Assembly (NCBI GenBank): GCA_963739455.1
Contig: CAVUAK010000001.1
Coordinates: 1-64,000 of the forward strand
Reading direction: 5' to 3'
Length of the DNA stretch: 64,000 bases
Source of the DNA: an uncultured Gemmatimonadales bacterium
GTDB lineage: Bacteria > Gemmatimonadota > Gemmatimonadetes > Gemmatimonadales > GWC2-71-9
Below the pieces are notes generated by a model. It did not search any database, had not been told where the DNA came from, and saw only the letters and a list, made by a program, of their open reading frames with translations. This document shows, one piece after another, positions 49,371 through 58,546 of this stretch; position 1 is the stretch's first letter, and every line of letters starts with the position of its first letter. A program made the position numbers and the translations under genes.

Positions 49371-50423
49371 CTGGCACAACGGCGTACTTCCCTGCAGATG
49401 GTCACCGATGACGTGCCGGGCATTTCGCGGCACCGTCGGGGAAGTTCGTTCATCTACAAGCGGGCCTCCGGTTCGGCGGTACGGGACGCCGCCTCGCTGG
49501 CGCGCATCCGCAAGCTCGCGATTCCGCCGGCGTGGAAAGAGGTGTGGATCGCGCCCGACGATCGGGCGCACATCCAGGCGACCGGGCGGGATGTGCGGGG
49601 GCGGAAGCAATACCGCTATCACGGCACCTGGAGCGCCGAGCGAGGGAAGGCCAAGTACGGGCGGCTGGCGGAGTTCGCGCGGGAGCTCCCGGGGATGCGT
49701 GCGCAACTCCGGCGCGACCTCAAGCGCACTGATGCGTCGCGGGAGCAGGTGCTGGCGCTGCTGGTGACGCTGCTCGAGGCGACGTTCATCCGGGTGGGGA
49801 ACGAGGAATACAAGCGAGCCAACGGGTCGTATGGTCTGACGACCCTCCAGGACCGTCATGTGACGATCAGCGGGTCGCACATCCGGTTCGCCTTCCGTGG
49901 CAAGGGTGGGAAGGACCGGCTGATCGACCTCAAGGACCGGCGGCTGGCGCGACTGGTGAAGCAGTGCCGGGATATCCGCGGGGCGCACCTGTTCCAGTAC
50001 GTGAACGCGAAAGGTCACCGGCGTCCGGCGCACTCGAGCGACCTCAATGGCTATATCAGCGGCATCGCCGACGGGGAATTCACCGCGAAGGATTTCCGCA
50101 CCTGGGGCGCGACGCTGACCGCCGCGCGGCTGCTCGACCGACATCGCGAGATCGTGATCGGTGTTCCGGGGAAGGCGGCGATGCTGCGGGACATTGCGGC
50201 GGTCGCGGCGGAGCTGGGGAATACGCCAGCGATCTGCCGGAAGAGCTACATCCATCCCTACCTGCTCAAGGCGTACCAGGACGAACCGGCCTGGAAGGAT
50301 TGGCGGCGCACGGCCGCGGGGCGTGCCGTGGCGGGCCTGGCACCGGACGAGGCGCGACTGCTTCGCTTTCTCGCGCTCGCGAGCCGAAGGAAGTCAGCTG
50401 GCTTGCATGGTGGAGCAGGCTAG
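49371..50423 (+). CDS. Bacterial DNA topoisomerase IB
   Basis: LAIPPAW, GRKQYRYH, IRVGN, FRGKGG, AKDFRTWGAT, LGNTPAICRKSYIHP. Start uncertain. Confidence 0.93.
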   Translation: MAQRRTSLQMVTDDVPGISRHRRGSSFIYKRASGSAVRDAASLARIRKLAIPPAWKEVWIAPDDRAHIQATGRDVRGRKQYRYHGTWSAERGKAKYGRLAEFARELPGMRAQLRRDLKRTDASREQVLALLVTLLEATFIRVGNEEYKRANGSYGLTTLQDRHVTISGSHIRFAFRGKGGKDRLIDLKDRRLARLVKQCRDIRGAHLFQYVNAKGHRRPAHSSDLNGYISGIADGEFTAKDFRTWGATLTAARLLDRHREIVIGVPGKAAMLRDIAAVAAELGNTPAICRKSYIHPYLLKAYQDEPAWKDWRRTAAGRAVAGLAPDEARLLRFLALASRRKSAGLHGGAG

Positions 50424-50690
50424 CGATCGAAGGAAGGCGAGGCCGCCCGGAACCCCGAGGGGAACCGGGCGGCGCTTTCGGGGAGGACCTATGAACGATC
50501 GCACAGCAAAGAGGGCGTACTCCCTGTGGTCGATACTACCGCGGAAACATTGCTGAGTTTCGGTAACGTGCGGTCACGCCCTGCCGCCCGGGGTAGAGAT
50601 GTCATGCCTGAGGACAGCTCATGCTTCGTCCCGCGATCGGCGCGTTCTTGAAGGGCCGGCACCTTTTTATCGGGTGGCGCGCGCCCCGGA

Positions 50691-51191
50691 CTAGCTGAAC
50701 TGCACCGTGCCGGTATCGCTGCTGGTATCGGGCTTGCCGGTGACGGCTGCCTTCGCCATCGAGAACAGTGATGCAATCTTGCCGCCCGGGGTGTCCCAGT
50801 ACTCGGCCTCGTCAACATCCACGCGAATGAGGCGGACACGGGGATCATCGGGACCGTCGAACCAGGCATCCATGAACTTGTTCCAGAACTCCTTGATGCG
50901 ACTGCGATCGTTGAGCACCTGCGCCTTGCCGGTGAGCGAGAGATAGCTCTCGGAGGCCGACGAGGCGTAGGTGACGGCAACCGTTGGGAAGGCGGCGATA
51001 TCGACGATCTTCTGCGAGTCGACGTCGGAGAGGAACCAGATGCTGCCGTCGAACTCGGCGTCCTGGGTGGCCATGGGACGGCTGTGCGGCTTTCCCTGAG
51101 GAGTCAGAGTGACCAGCATCGCGGTACGAATGTCCTTGATGAGCTCGGCGACCTTGCGGATGCCAGCGTTGGGATCGGTGTCGGTGTGCAT
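50691..51191 (-). CDS. General stress protein 26 / pyridoxamine 5'-phosphate oxidase-like
   Basis: HSRPMATQ..IWF..YLSLTG..AWFDGPDDP..AEYWD. Confidence 0.9.
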   Translation of the reverse strand: MHTDTDPNAGIRKVAELIKDIRTAMLVTLTPQGKPHSRPMATQDAEFDGSIWFLSDVDSQKIVDIAAFPTVAVTYASSASESYLSLTGKAQVLNDRSRIKEFWNKFMDAWFDGPDDPRVRLIRVDVDEAEYWDTPGGKIASLFSMAKAAVTGKPDTSSDTGTVQFS

Positions 51192-51241
51192 GGGCGGAAC
51201 TCCCGGGCTGAAAGACTTGAAGGCTTGAGGTGGAGCGCGCC

Positions 51242-51817
51242 TCAGGCGTGACGATGGCCACGGCGCACTTCGGGGGGCAGCTTCGCGGCGGGGAGGTACT
51301 TGAGCTCCTCGCCAGTCCGGACGGCGCTGAGCAGCATGGCGCCGCGGCTCATGTCACCCAGGCCCACGAACGCCGCGGGATAGAAGAGCCGCTCACCGAG
51401 TATGTCGCAGAGAATGCCGAGATACTTGCGGGTGGCAATGCTGCCAAGGAAGACGATGCGGTCGCCCGTGAGGAGCCGCACGTCCCGCTCGAGCGCCTGG
51501 CGATAGCGACTGTCGTGGATGTCGATGGCGAGCTCGCTGAAGCTCCGGAGATCCTCGGCAGTGATGCGCGTGTCGATGGGCAGGAGCCCGCGGTCGGTGG
51601 TGATGACCTGGATGCCATCACCGGGGTGCCCGAAGCGCGCAGCGTAGGCAAGCTTGCCGCGGAAGTAGAGGCCGCTGAGGAAGCTGAAGACCTCGCCGAT
51701 CGGTGCGCCGCGGGGCCCGCGGATGCTGCTTGCGAGGGGAAAGTCCGCCTCATCGTTGAGCAGCACCCTTGCCCGCCTGCCGCCAGCGTGAGCCGGCGAC
51801 AGGAGGAAGGTGGTCAC
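51242..51817 (-). CDS. Conserved hypothetical protein
   Basis: FLLSPAH.GGRRA, FSFLSGLYFRGKLAYA, LGSIAT.KY, GDMSRG. Confidence 0.75.
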   Translation of the reverse strand: MTTFLLSPAHAGGRRARVLLNDEADFPLASSIRGPRGAPIGEVFSFLSGLYFRGKLAYAARFGHPGDGIQVITTDRGLLPIDTRITAEDLRSFSELAIDIHDSRYRQALERDVRLLTGDRIVFLGSIATRKYLGILCDILGERLFYPAAFVGLGDMSRGAMLLSAVRTGEELKYLPAAKLPPEVRRGHRHA

Positions 51818-51833
51818 TTCCGACGCACCGGGC

Positions 51834-52391
51834 TCAGAAGCGGATTCGAATACCAGCATTGATCGGGATGAAGCTGATATCATCGGGATCTGTGAAGACG
51901 CGGTGGAAGCGCGTTTCCGCAAAGAACCCGAACGGAGCATTGACGACGGCGAAGTCGACGCCGATGCCGGCGTTGAGGCCGAAGTTGCCGTCATAGAGGC
52001 CGAGCCCGCCGATGAGGTACGGGCGAAAGGCATTCGAGTCGGAGCCGAGTTCATACACGACCCCGATGGTGGCCTGGAACAGCGTGGAGTTCAGGTCCAC
52101 TGCCATCAGGTCGAGCTGCAGGTCGATGGGCCAGTTGTGCGGCGTGGCCCGGAGGCTGGCACCGATATCCCAGCCGGTGCTCAGGCCATCGGGGGACGTC
52201 GGAAACACAACGCCGATGGTGGGGCGGATCTCGAACTTGTACTCTCGCGCGGCCTGGGTGGCAGCGTTGGGCTTGTTCGCCTGTGCCGCGAGGAGGCCCG
52301 GTGTCGCGACGGTGGTAGCCAGTGTAACAAGGGAAACGGCGGTGACAGCGCGAATGAGCTGTGATCGCAGTTCGTATGTACGTCCGTGCAT
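51834..52391 (-). CDS. Small outer-membrane beta-barrel protein
   Basis: Signal peptide; RPYLIGGLG, GLNAGIG, terminal GIRIRF. Confidence 0.8.
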   Translation of the reverse strand: MHGRTYELRSQLIRAVTAVSLVTLATTVATPGLLAAQANKPNAATQAAREYKFEIRPTIGVVFPTSPDGLSTGWDIGASLRATPHNWPIDLQLDLMAVDLNSTLFQATIGVVYELGSDSNAFRPYLIGGLGLYDGNFGLNAGIGVDFAVVNAPFGFFAETRFHRVFTDPDDISFIPINAGIRIRF

Positions 52392-52541
52392 TGAGTTCTC
52401 CCGAGCAAGTTGGGACATGCGCTTTGCATGCCTGTGCTGTATACCCATCAGTGTCCCAAAGCACTCGAAATGAATCCTGAAACCAACGGCGGCCATGTGT
52501 TGTAGTAATGGTTTCACAACGTAGACAGGACATTCATATCC

Positions 52542-52976
52542 ATGCATACTGATCGCATAGCAGAGGCCTCGGTCATCATCAACATGTCGCGCGAGGCGGT
52601 GTGGAACGCGCTGACAGACCCCCAGGCCATTTCGCAGTACATGTTCGGCACGACGGTGACGACGGACTGGCTCGAAGGGAGCGAGATCCGCTGGAAGGGC
52701 GAGTGGAAGGGCCGCGCCTACGAAGACAAGGGCACCATACTGGCCATCGTGCCATTCCGGCGGCTCGTGTATACGCACTACAGCCCACTTTCGGGGCAGC
52801 CGGACACGCTGGACAATTATCACACTGTAACAATTGCGCTGGTTCCCGATGGACAGCGCACCGAGGTGACACTGACACAGGACAACAATTCCTCTGACGA
52901 CGCGAAAGCGCATTCAGAGGAGAATTGGGCGGGGATGCTGATCGGTCTCAAGCGTTACGTCGAGGCGCGACGGTAA
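52542..52976 (+). CDS. SRPBCC/AHSA1-domain protein
   Basis: VWNALTDP..YMFG..TDW..HSEENW..LKRYVE. Confidence 0.88.
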   Translation: MHTDRIAEASVIINMSREAVWNALTDPQAISQYMFGTTVTTDWLEGSEIRWKGEWKGRAYEDKGTILAIVPFRRLVYTHYSPLSGQPDTLDNYHTVTIALVPDGQRTEVTLTQDNNSSDDAKAHSEENWAGMLIGLKRYVEARR

Positions 52977-53133
52977 TTCCGCTCTAAAGCAACGGGATCC
53001 CCTCGCTTCGCTCGGGATGCTTCGCACATTGCGAGTCTTGCGAGTGCAGTTGTGAGTTGTTAGTCTGAGTGGCGGTAAAGAGCACGAAGAAAAAAAGCAG
53101 TACCTTGACGACGGAGAGCATGTCTCCGAAGTG

Positions 53134-53170
53134 GAAGGCGCCAGCAGACACTGTCTGCGGCGCCTTTTTT
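53134..53170 (+). terminator. Intrinsic terminator upstream of the DUF892 gene
   Basis: AAGGCGCC.GCAGAC/GTCTGC GGCGCCTT followed by a T-run. Confidence 0.7.
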
Positions 53171-53199
53171 GTTCACACTACTCAAGCAGGAGTTGCATC

Positions 53200-53799
53200 A
53201 TGTCGCTCGACAACTTGAATGACCTGCTCACCGAGCAGCTGCAGGATATCTACTACGCAGAGAAGCAGCTGGTGAAGGCGCTCCCGAAGATGGCAAAGGC
53301 CGCCAACACCCCGGAGCTGGTGACGGCCTTCACCGATCACCTGGAGCAGACGAAGGAGCACGTGGCGCGGCTGGAGCGCGCGTTCGCGGCAATGGGCGTC
53401 ACCGCGAAGGCGAAGAAGTGTCCGGCGATCGAGGGCCTGATCGAGGAAGCGTCGGAGATGATCGAGGAAGAGGGTGAGCCGTCAGTGCTGGACGCCGGCC
53501 TCATCGCCAGCGCACAGCGGGTGGAGCACTACGAGATCGCCGCGTATGGCAACGCGCGCGCGTTCGCGGAGGCGCTGGGCAACAATGACGTCGTTGCCAT
53601 CCTGGACGAGACGCTGGGTGAGGAGCATGCGGCCGATGAGCTGCTCGGCACGATCGCGATGGACACGGTGATCCCCGCGGCGCTCGAGGCGGGCGGCGGC
53701 TCGGAGGAGATGCAGGACGAGGATGAGGACGAGGAGGAAGTGGCCTCGACGGCGAAGGCGTCATCCAGCAAGGGACGCCAGAACCCGGTCAAGAAGTAG
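53200..53799 (+). CDS. YciE/YciF (DUF892) ferritin-like stress protein
   Basis: LQDIYYAEKQLVKALPKM..HLEQT..QRVEHYEIAAYG..TLGEE. Confidence 0.92.
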   Translation: MSLDNLNDLLTEQLQDIYYAEKQLVKALPKMAKAANTPELVTAFTDHLEQTKEHVARLERAFAAMGVTAKAKKCPAIEGLIEEASEMIEEEGEPSVLDAGLIASAQRVEHYEIAAYGNARAFAEALGNNDVVAILDETLGEEHAADELLGTIAMDTVIPAALEAGGGSEEMQDEDEDEEEVASTAKASSSKGRQNPVKK

Positions 53800-53842
53800 C
53801 GAGCGAAGCGAAGTCTCGTCGAATCGAATGGTGCGGTCGTGC

Positions 53843-54292
53843 TCACGTGGGCAGGGCCGCGCCATTTTTCGTGTTGTCCCCGGAGTCGTCGGGGAGGATC
53901 CGGCTGCGAGTGAGTTCGTCGAACTCGTCGAGTCCCATCCAGCCGAAGTAGCGGCGATTGTTCGCGAAGGTGCGGTACATCCAGTCGCCGATGGCGCGGG
54001 GCACGAGCCGTCCGAGGGTGCCGACGACTCCCCAGAGCCCGCCGACAAAGTGCATGACGCCGAGCACCGCTGCGTAGCGCTGCACCGGGAGACCGTTGCG
54101 GGGCATCCAGATGGCGCTGTCGCGCGCGCTGAAGGCGGGATCCTCGCGCCTCACGGCGTCGCCATGTGCTCCCTGAAGCGGTGCGATGCGGAGCTGCCCG
54201 GAGGAATCGGCGTGAACGAACCACTGGACGAAGCGACGGCAGACGCTACAGCGCGCGTCGTACAGAAGCAGGGGATTCTCATTGTCTGGCAT
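53843..54292 (-). CDS. DCC1-like (DUF393) thiol-disulfide oxidoreductase
   Basis: LLYDARCSVC..APLQ..DWMYRTFANNR. Confidence 0.85.
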   Translation of the reverse strand: MPDNENPLLLYDARCSVCRRFVQWFVHADSSGQLRIAPLQGAHGDAVRREDPAFSARDSAIWMPRNGLPVQRYAAVLGVMHFVGGLWGVVGTLGRLVPRAIGDWMYRTFANNRRYFGWMGLDEFDELTRSRILPDDSGDNTKNGAALPT

Positions 54293-54339
54293 TCGAGCAA
54301 CGTACCACGGAAGGTGGCTGCCGGGTCATTTCGTGGTGT

Positions 54340-54783
54340 TCAAGCAGCAGCGCAGTCGGGACCCTTCACCGTCCGGTCGCGGAAGAGCACGGAACCGGGA
54401 TCGGCGGGGACGGCGATGATGTCGATGGGCATGGTCTTCGCCGCGCCCGGCTTGCACGAGCGGTAAGTGATGACGGTGAAGACGCCCTTCACACCCTTGG
54501 GATCGGGCTGGATGACGACGGAGTCGCCCGCAGTGGCGGGGTTGGCGGCGACGATCACCATTTTCCTGGTGAAGTTGATATTGGGGGCCTTCCGCACCTT
54601 GCCGCTGGCGTCGGGGCGACCGGCGGATGTTGCCCAGGCGCTCCGGAAGGTGGCGGTGTCCCGGATGACTTCCTGGTATGGTGCGATGAAGTCAGAGTCG
54701 GCGCCGCGATAGACCTTCTGCGCCTTGGGCGCAGGCGCAACCGTGATGAGGGCGAGTACGGCAGGAACGGTGAATGCGCGCAT
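54340..54783 (-). CDS. Secreted hypothetical protein
   Basis: GAGGA RBS; signal MRAFTVPAVLAL. Confidence 0.65.
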   Translation of the reverse strand: MRAFTVPAVLALITVAPAPKAQKVYRGADSDFIAPYQEVIRDTATFRSAWATSAGRPDASGKVRKAPNINFTRKMVIVAANPATAGDSVVIQPDPKGVKGVFTVITYRSCKPGAAKTMPIDIIAVPADPGSVLFRDRTVKGPDCAAA

Positions 54784-54790
54784 GTTGTCC

Positions 54791-55843
54791 TCAAAATCCG
54801 CTGATCTTGGTGATCTTGCCACGTGTGCCAACGGCCCAGCCTGCACGGGGTGAGGCGAACCCCACACTCCAGTAGTTGAGCGTGTCGATGGCGACCCAGG
54901 TGGCGCCATCATCGGCGGACCAGGCGGCGCCACCGGGGCCCACCACGACGGCGGTGGGCTTCTTCGTGCCCGGGACGTAGACGCCGCCCCACGCACCAGT
55001 CTTCATGGGAAGCTTGCCGCGGAGCGCCCAGGTGAGGCCACTGTCGGCGGTGAGAGCAACGTTCTCGTCTCCCAGTTTCCCCGTGGTGCCACCACCGAAC
55101 GCCATGCCATGCTTGCCGTCGCGAAAGGCAATGGATGCTGCACCGGCACCGGCGCGCGTGGTGAGGGGCAATGTTACGGAGCCCCAGGTGCGGCCGTAAT
55201 CACCCGAAAGTAGTACGCGGGAACGGATGCTGTCGGCAGCGACGATCCAGACGCGGCCCGGCGGGCCCGTCACCAGGCAGGTGCCGCTCGCGGCGTAGCT
55301 GCCCTCACCGTCGGGTGCGGTGGGCGTGGTGGCCGCCGGCGTAGGGTTCCAGTGCAGCCCGCCATCGTCGGTGGTGAGGATGCCGGTGTGACCCTTCGAC
55401 GCGTCGCCGACGGCGATGCCGCGCTGAGCGTCCCAGAAATCGAAGCAATCGTAGAAGGCGTCGGGGTCCTGGTTGGTGAACTGGAGGGTCCAGTTGGTGC
55501 CACCGTCGGCGGTGTAGTAGATGCGCGAGCTGGCGCCGTTGCCGATGCTGAGGAGCCAGGCGTGGTTGGCATCGAGGGCGTGCACATCGCGGAACTGGAG
55601 CGAATCGGCGCCGGGCACCTTCCCGGCCTGCCAGGTGGCACCGCCATCGATGGTGCGAAGCCAGGTGCCGCCGCTGCCACTGACCCAGGCAACCGAATCG
55701 GTGACGGCGCTCACGGCAATGAGCAGCGCCGAGGTGTTGCTTACCTGAGTTGTGCGCGAGACGTTGACGGGCGCCGCGGCGGGGCTGCCGCCGCCGGAAC
55801 AGGCTGCCAGGACGATCAGGGCGAAGGCAGGAATACGACGCAT
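54791..55843 (-). CDS. BNR/Ycf48-like beta-propeller lipoprotein
   Basis: Repeated T.DGG.TW Asp-boxes; LQFRDV; FYDCFDFWD. Confidence 0.88.
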   Translation of the reverse strand: MRRIPAFALIVLAACSGGGSPAAAPVNVSRTTQVSNTSALLIAVSAVTDSVAWVSGSGGTWLRTIDGGATWQAGKVPGADSLQFRDVHALDANHAWLLSIGNGASSRIYYTADGGTNWTLQFTNQDPDAFYDCFDFWDAQRGIAVGDASKGHTGILTTDDGGLHWNPTPAATTPTAPDGEGSYAASGTCLVTGPPGRVWIVAADSIRSRVLLSGDYGRTWGSVTLPLTTRAGAGAASIAFRDGKHGMAFGGGTTGKLGDENVALTADSGLTWALRGKLPMKTGAWGGVYVPGTKKPTAVVVGPGGAAWSADDGATWVAIDTLNYWSVGFASPRAGWAVGTRGKITKISGF

Positions 55844-55978
55844 CAATGGCTCCGTCAGCGGGTAGCAGGAGAAGAGCCCAGAGCGGGCTCGAACAACGTA
55901 TCAGTGTTACAGAAGAGAATCCGCCCAACCAGGGGCGAGATTGCCTTACGATCGGAGCGATGTCGGCTTCGAACGGGC

Positions 55979-56013
55979 GGGCGCGGCAGCAGACGCTGCG
56001 TGCGCCCTTTTTT
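55979..56013 (+). terminator. Intrinsic terminator upstream of the HhH gene
   Basis: GGGCGC..GCAGC/GCTGC..GCGCCC followed by a T-run. Confidence 0.6.
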
Positions 56014-56052
56014 GTGTTACTGACCACGACACCCAGGAAAGAGAGCAATCAT

Positions 56053-56484
56053 ATGCGAAACAAGCTGATCGCCGTACTCGGGGCACTCATGCTGAGCGCC
56101 GGAGCAATGCAGGCCCAGACGGGTGCTGCCACGAAGGCACCGATGGACATCAACACTGCGTCACGCACCGAGCTCGCCTCGGCCGGCTGGGGCCAGTATG
56201 CCGATGCCATCATCGCGGGCCGGCCGTACAAGAACATGAATGACCTGGTGGAGAAGAAGGTCGTTCCGCAGAAGGCGTATGATAAGGGGTACGGCAACTT
56301 CACGATCGGGGATGGCAACTCACCGCTGTCCGACGGTAACAGCGCCCAGCCGATGACGCCGCCGGCCGCAACGCCGCCGACCGTCACGCCGGGCACTGCT
56401 CCGACCGTCACGCCGGGCACTGCCCCGACCGTAACGCCGGGTGCAGCCCCGACCACGACCGCACCTGCAGCTCCAGCCAAGTAA
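56053..56484 (+). CDS. Secreted helix-hairpin-helix protein with Pro/Thr tail
   Basis: MDINTAS..YADAIIAGRPY..DLVEKKVVP; three 24-bp repeats at 56377-56448 (PTVTPGTA). Confidence 0.8.
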   Translation: MRNKLIAVLGALMLSAGAMQAQTGAATKAPMDINTASRTELASAGWGQYADAIIAGRPYKNMNDLVEKKVVPQKAYDKGYGNFTIGDGNSPLSDGNSAQPMTPPAATPPTVTPGTAPTVTPGTAPTVTPGAAPTTTAPAAPAK

Positions 56485-56567
56485 CCTGTCCGTCGGGGGC
56501 GCGCGCGAGTTCGTTCGCGCGCGTCCCCGTCGTGACGTCCCCAGTCAACGAAGCAAGAGGATAGACG

Positions 56568-57179
56568 ATGAGCCGCTCCACAACCGAAGCAATCAACAGC
56601 TACCTGACCGATATGCTGGCGCTCGAGGAGCACATCCTCGTGGCGGTCACGGCACAGGTGAAGGACTTCAAGGATGGGCCGCAGGTGCTGGTCATGGCGC
56701 TCGAGGCGATCCAGGTCACGGTCGAGCATCATGTGGTCTCGCTGAAGGAGATCATCCAGGAGCGCGATGCGGGTGCGGCGAACTCGATCGCGGAGGCAGT
56801 GAAGCGCGCGGCGTCGGTCCTGGCGGGTGCAGGAGCTGCTGCAGTCGACCTGGTGCGGAACGAGAAGTTGCCCAAGGACCTGCGGGACGACTACACCGCC
56901 TTCAGCCTGGCAACAGTGAGCTACGTGATGCTGCTGACCACAGCCATGTCACTGAACGACCAGCCTGTGGCGGAAGTGGCGGAGCGTCACTTGAAGCACT
57001 ACACGAAGGTGGTCATGAAGCTGAACAACATCCTGCCGTCGGCGGTGATCGCGGAACTGCGGGAAGAGGGGTTGCCGGCGCGGGAAGAACAGTTGCCCGC
57101 GATCGCGCGGACGCTCAAGGGCGTGTGGAGTGATCCGTACAACGAGGTGCCGGAGGTGGATGAGGTGAGCGTGGGCTAG
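56568..57179 (+). CDS. Ferritin-like protein
   Basis: YLTDMLALEEHI..LRDDYTAFSLA..Y.ML.TTA. Confidence 0.75.
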   Translation: MSRSTTEAINSYLTDMLALEEHILVAVTAQVKDFKDGPQVLVMALEAIQVTVEHHVVSLKEIIQERDAGAANSIAEAVKRAASVLAGAGAAAVDLVRNEKLPKDLRDDYTAFSLATVSYVMLLTTAMSLNDQPVAEVAERHLKHYTKVVMKLNNILPSAVIAELREEGLPAREEQLPAIARTLKGVWSDPYNEVPEVDEVSVG

Positions 57180-57189
57180 GAACTGCAAC

Positions 57190-57232
57190 TGAGTGAGGGG
57201 TGAGGGGAAAGTCTCCCTTCACCCCTCACTCA
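57190..57232. terminator. Hairpin built from heptamer repeats between convergent genes
   Basis: TGAGTGAGGGGTGA/TCACCCCTCACTCA. Confidence 0.6.
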
Positions 57233-57236
57233 TTGC

Positions 57237-57575
57237 TCAGGCGTCGCGGAGGGCCCGGGCGGCGAGGTAGCCCACGGCGAGTGCCGCCAGGAGGGACTTG
57301 GCGGGATGGCGGCGGACGATGGACTCGACATCGGCGAGCATGTCGCGGCCATCGTTGTGACGAACGTAGCGGGAGGCCGACTCGACCCTGTCGGCCACCT
57401 TGTGGGTGACCGCGCTGACGCGCTCGGCGCTGGTGGTGATATCGTCGGCGCGGCGGTGCAAGGTGCGCGCGGCGCCCTTCAGGCTGTCCGCGGCGACGGT
57501 ACGGCCGTCGTCGAGCGTTGCTTCTACGGCGTCGCCGATGTCATTGCCCAGGTGCCGGCCAGTATCGTGCTTCAT
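57237..57575 (-). CDS. ElaB/YqjD(DUF883)-like tail-anchored protein
   Basis: VRRHPAKSLLAALAVGYLAAR C-terminus. Confidence 0.7.
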   Translation of the reverse strand: MKHDTGRHLGNDIGDAVEATLDDGRTVAADSLKGAARTLHRRADDITTSAERVSAVTHKVADRVESASRYVRHNDGRDMLADVESIVRRHPAKSLLAALAVGYLAARALRDA

Positions 57576-57599
57576 AAGTCCTCCGCTAGTGGAAAATGC

Positions 57600-57845
57600 C
57601 TACCTCGTACTACCGAGCGGGGACAGTTTTGTGTCGGTGATCAGGCGCTCGGTGAAATCGAGCCGCGCCTCGAGCTCACTGACCCGCGATTCGAGCGCGT
57701 CAATGTAGGACTGGTGCCGCTCGACCTCCTCGAAGCGGGACCGATACTCGCTGACCTGTTCCCGGCGCTGCCAGCGCCGGCGCCGCATCATCATGAACAG
57801 CATGATCAACGGCACCCAGAACATCCACCCCATCGCCCAGAACAT
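57600..57845 (-). CDS. Small membrane protein with coiled coil
   Basis: Hydrophobic N-terminus; ELEARLDFTERL. Confidence 0.7.
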   Translation of the reverse strand: MFWAMGWMFWVPLIMLFMMMRRRRWQRREQVSEYRSRFEEVERHQSYIDALESRVSELEARLDFTERLITDTKLSPLGSTR

Positions 57846-57872
57846 TTCTCTTCTCCTTGCTCGTTGCCGTAG

Positions 57873-58448
57873 CTAGGCGGTCCGTTCGCTCCACGCGCCA
57901 TCGATATCTTCTGCAGCCTTCTTCAGGATCTCCGCCACCTTCCGGAGGGACGGATCATCGGGTCCGAGGCGCCATGCCCGCTTGAAGGTGGTGCCCGCCA
58001 GGTGCGCGAAGGCAGTGTGCACCTCACCCATGCCGCCACCGGCGAAGTCGCGCACCGTCTCGCGGACGCGGTCGAAGATCTCGTCGAGGACATCGCGATG
58101 CTCGTCGAGATACTTCTCGCCCTCCGGCGTGACGTGATAAACCTTCTTGCCCTCGGTGTCGACAGCGCGGACGTAGCCCTCGTCCTCGAGGAGCTGAAGG
58201 GTGGGATACACCGTGCCCGCGGACGGGGTGTAGTGGCCGCGGAACTTCTCCTCCAGGGCCTTCATGACCTCGTAGCCGTGCCTCGGCTTCTCGCGGAGAA
58301 GCCGGAGGATGACGAACTTCATTTCCCCCGATTCGAACATCTGGCTGCGGCGGCGTCCCCTGGGACCACCCCCGCCAGCCCAGCCACGCCAGCCTCGGCC
58401 GAAGGGGAAATCGGCCCCGAAACCCCAGTCATCACATGACTTACGCAT
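57873..58448 (-). CDS. PadR-family transcriptional regulator
   Basis: ILRLLREKPRHGYEVM..PSAGTVYPTLQLLEDEG..KKVY..T.EG. Confidence 0.93.
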   Translation of the reverse strand: MRKSCDDWGFGADFPFGRGWRGWAGGGGPRGRRRSQMFESGEMKFVILRLLREKPRHGYEVMKALEEKFRGHYTPSAGTVYPTLQLLEDEGYVRAVDTEGKKVYHVTPEGEKYLDEHRDVLDEIFDRVRETVRDFAGGGMGEVHTAFAHLAGTTFKRAWRLGPDDPSLRKVAEILKKAAEDIDGAWSERTA

Positions 58449-58546
58449 TTTCCTACCTCGTTATTTCGTGAGACATTACGCACGATATATCGTAAGATAT
58501 GACGAGGAAGGCGTCAAGTGGGATGTGCTCTCGGGGCGGACTCGAA

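Noticed and set aside
49371..50423. Tyrosine integrase or viral gene marking a mobile element
   Set aside because: Motifs match bacterial topoisomerase IB; no att sites or phage genes nearby.
56377..56448. 24-bp repeats as CRISPR or mobile element
   Set aside because: In-frame coding repeats forming a Pro/Thr linker.
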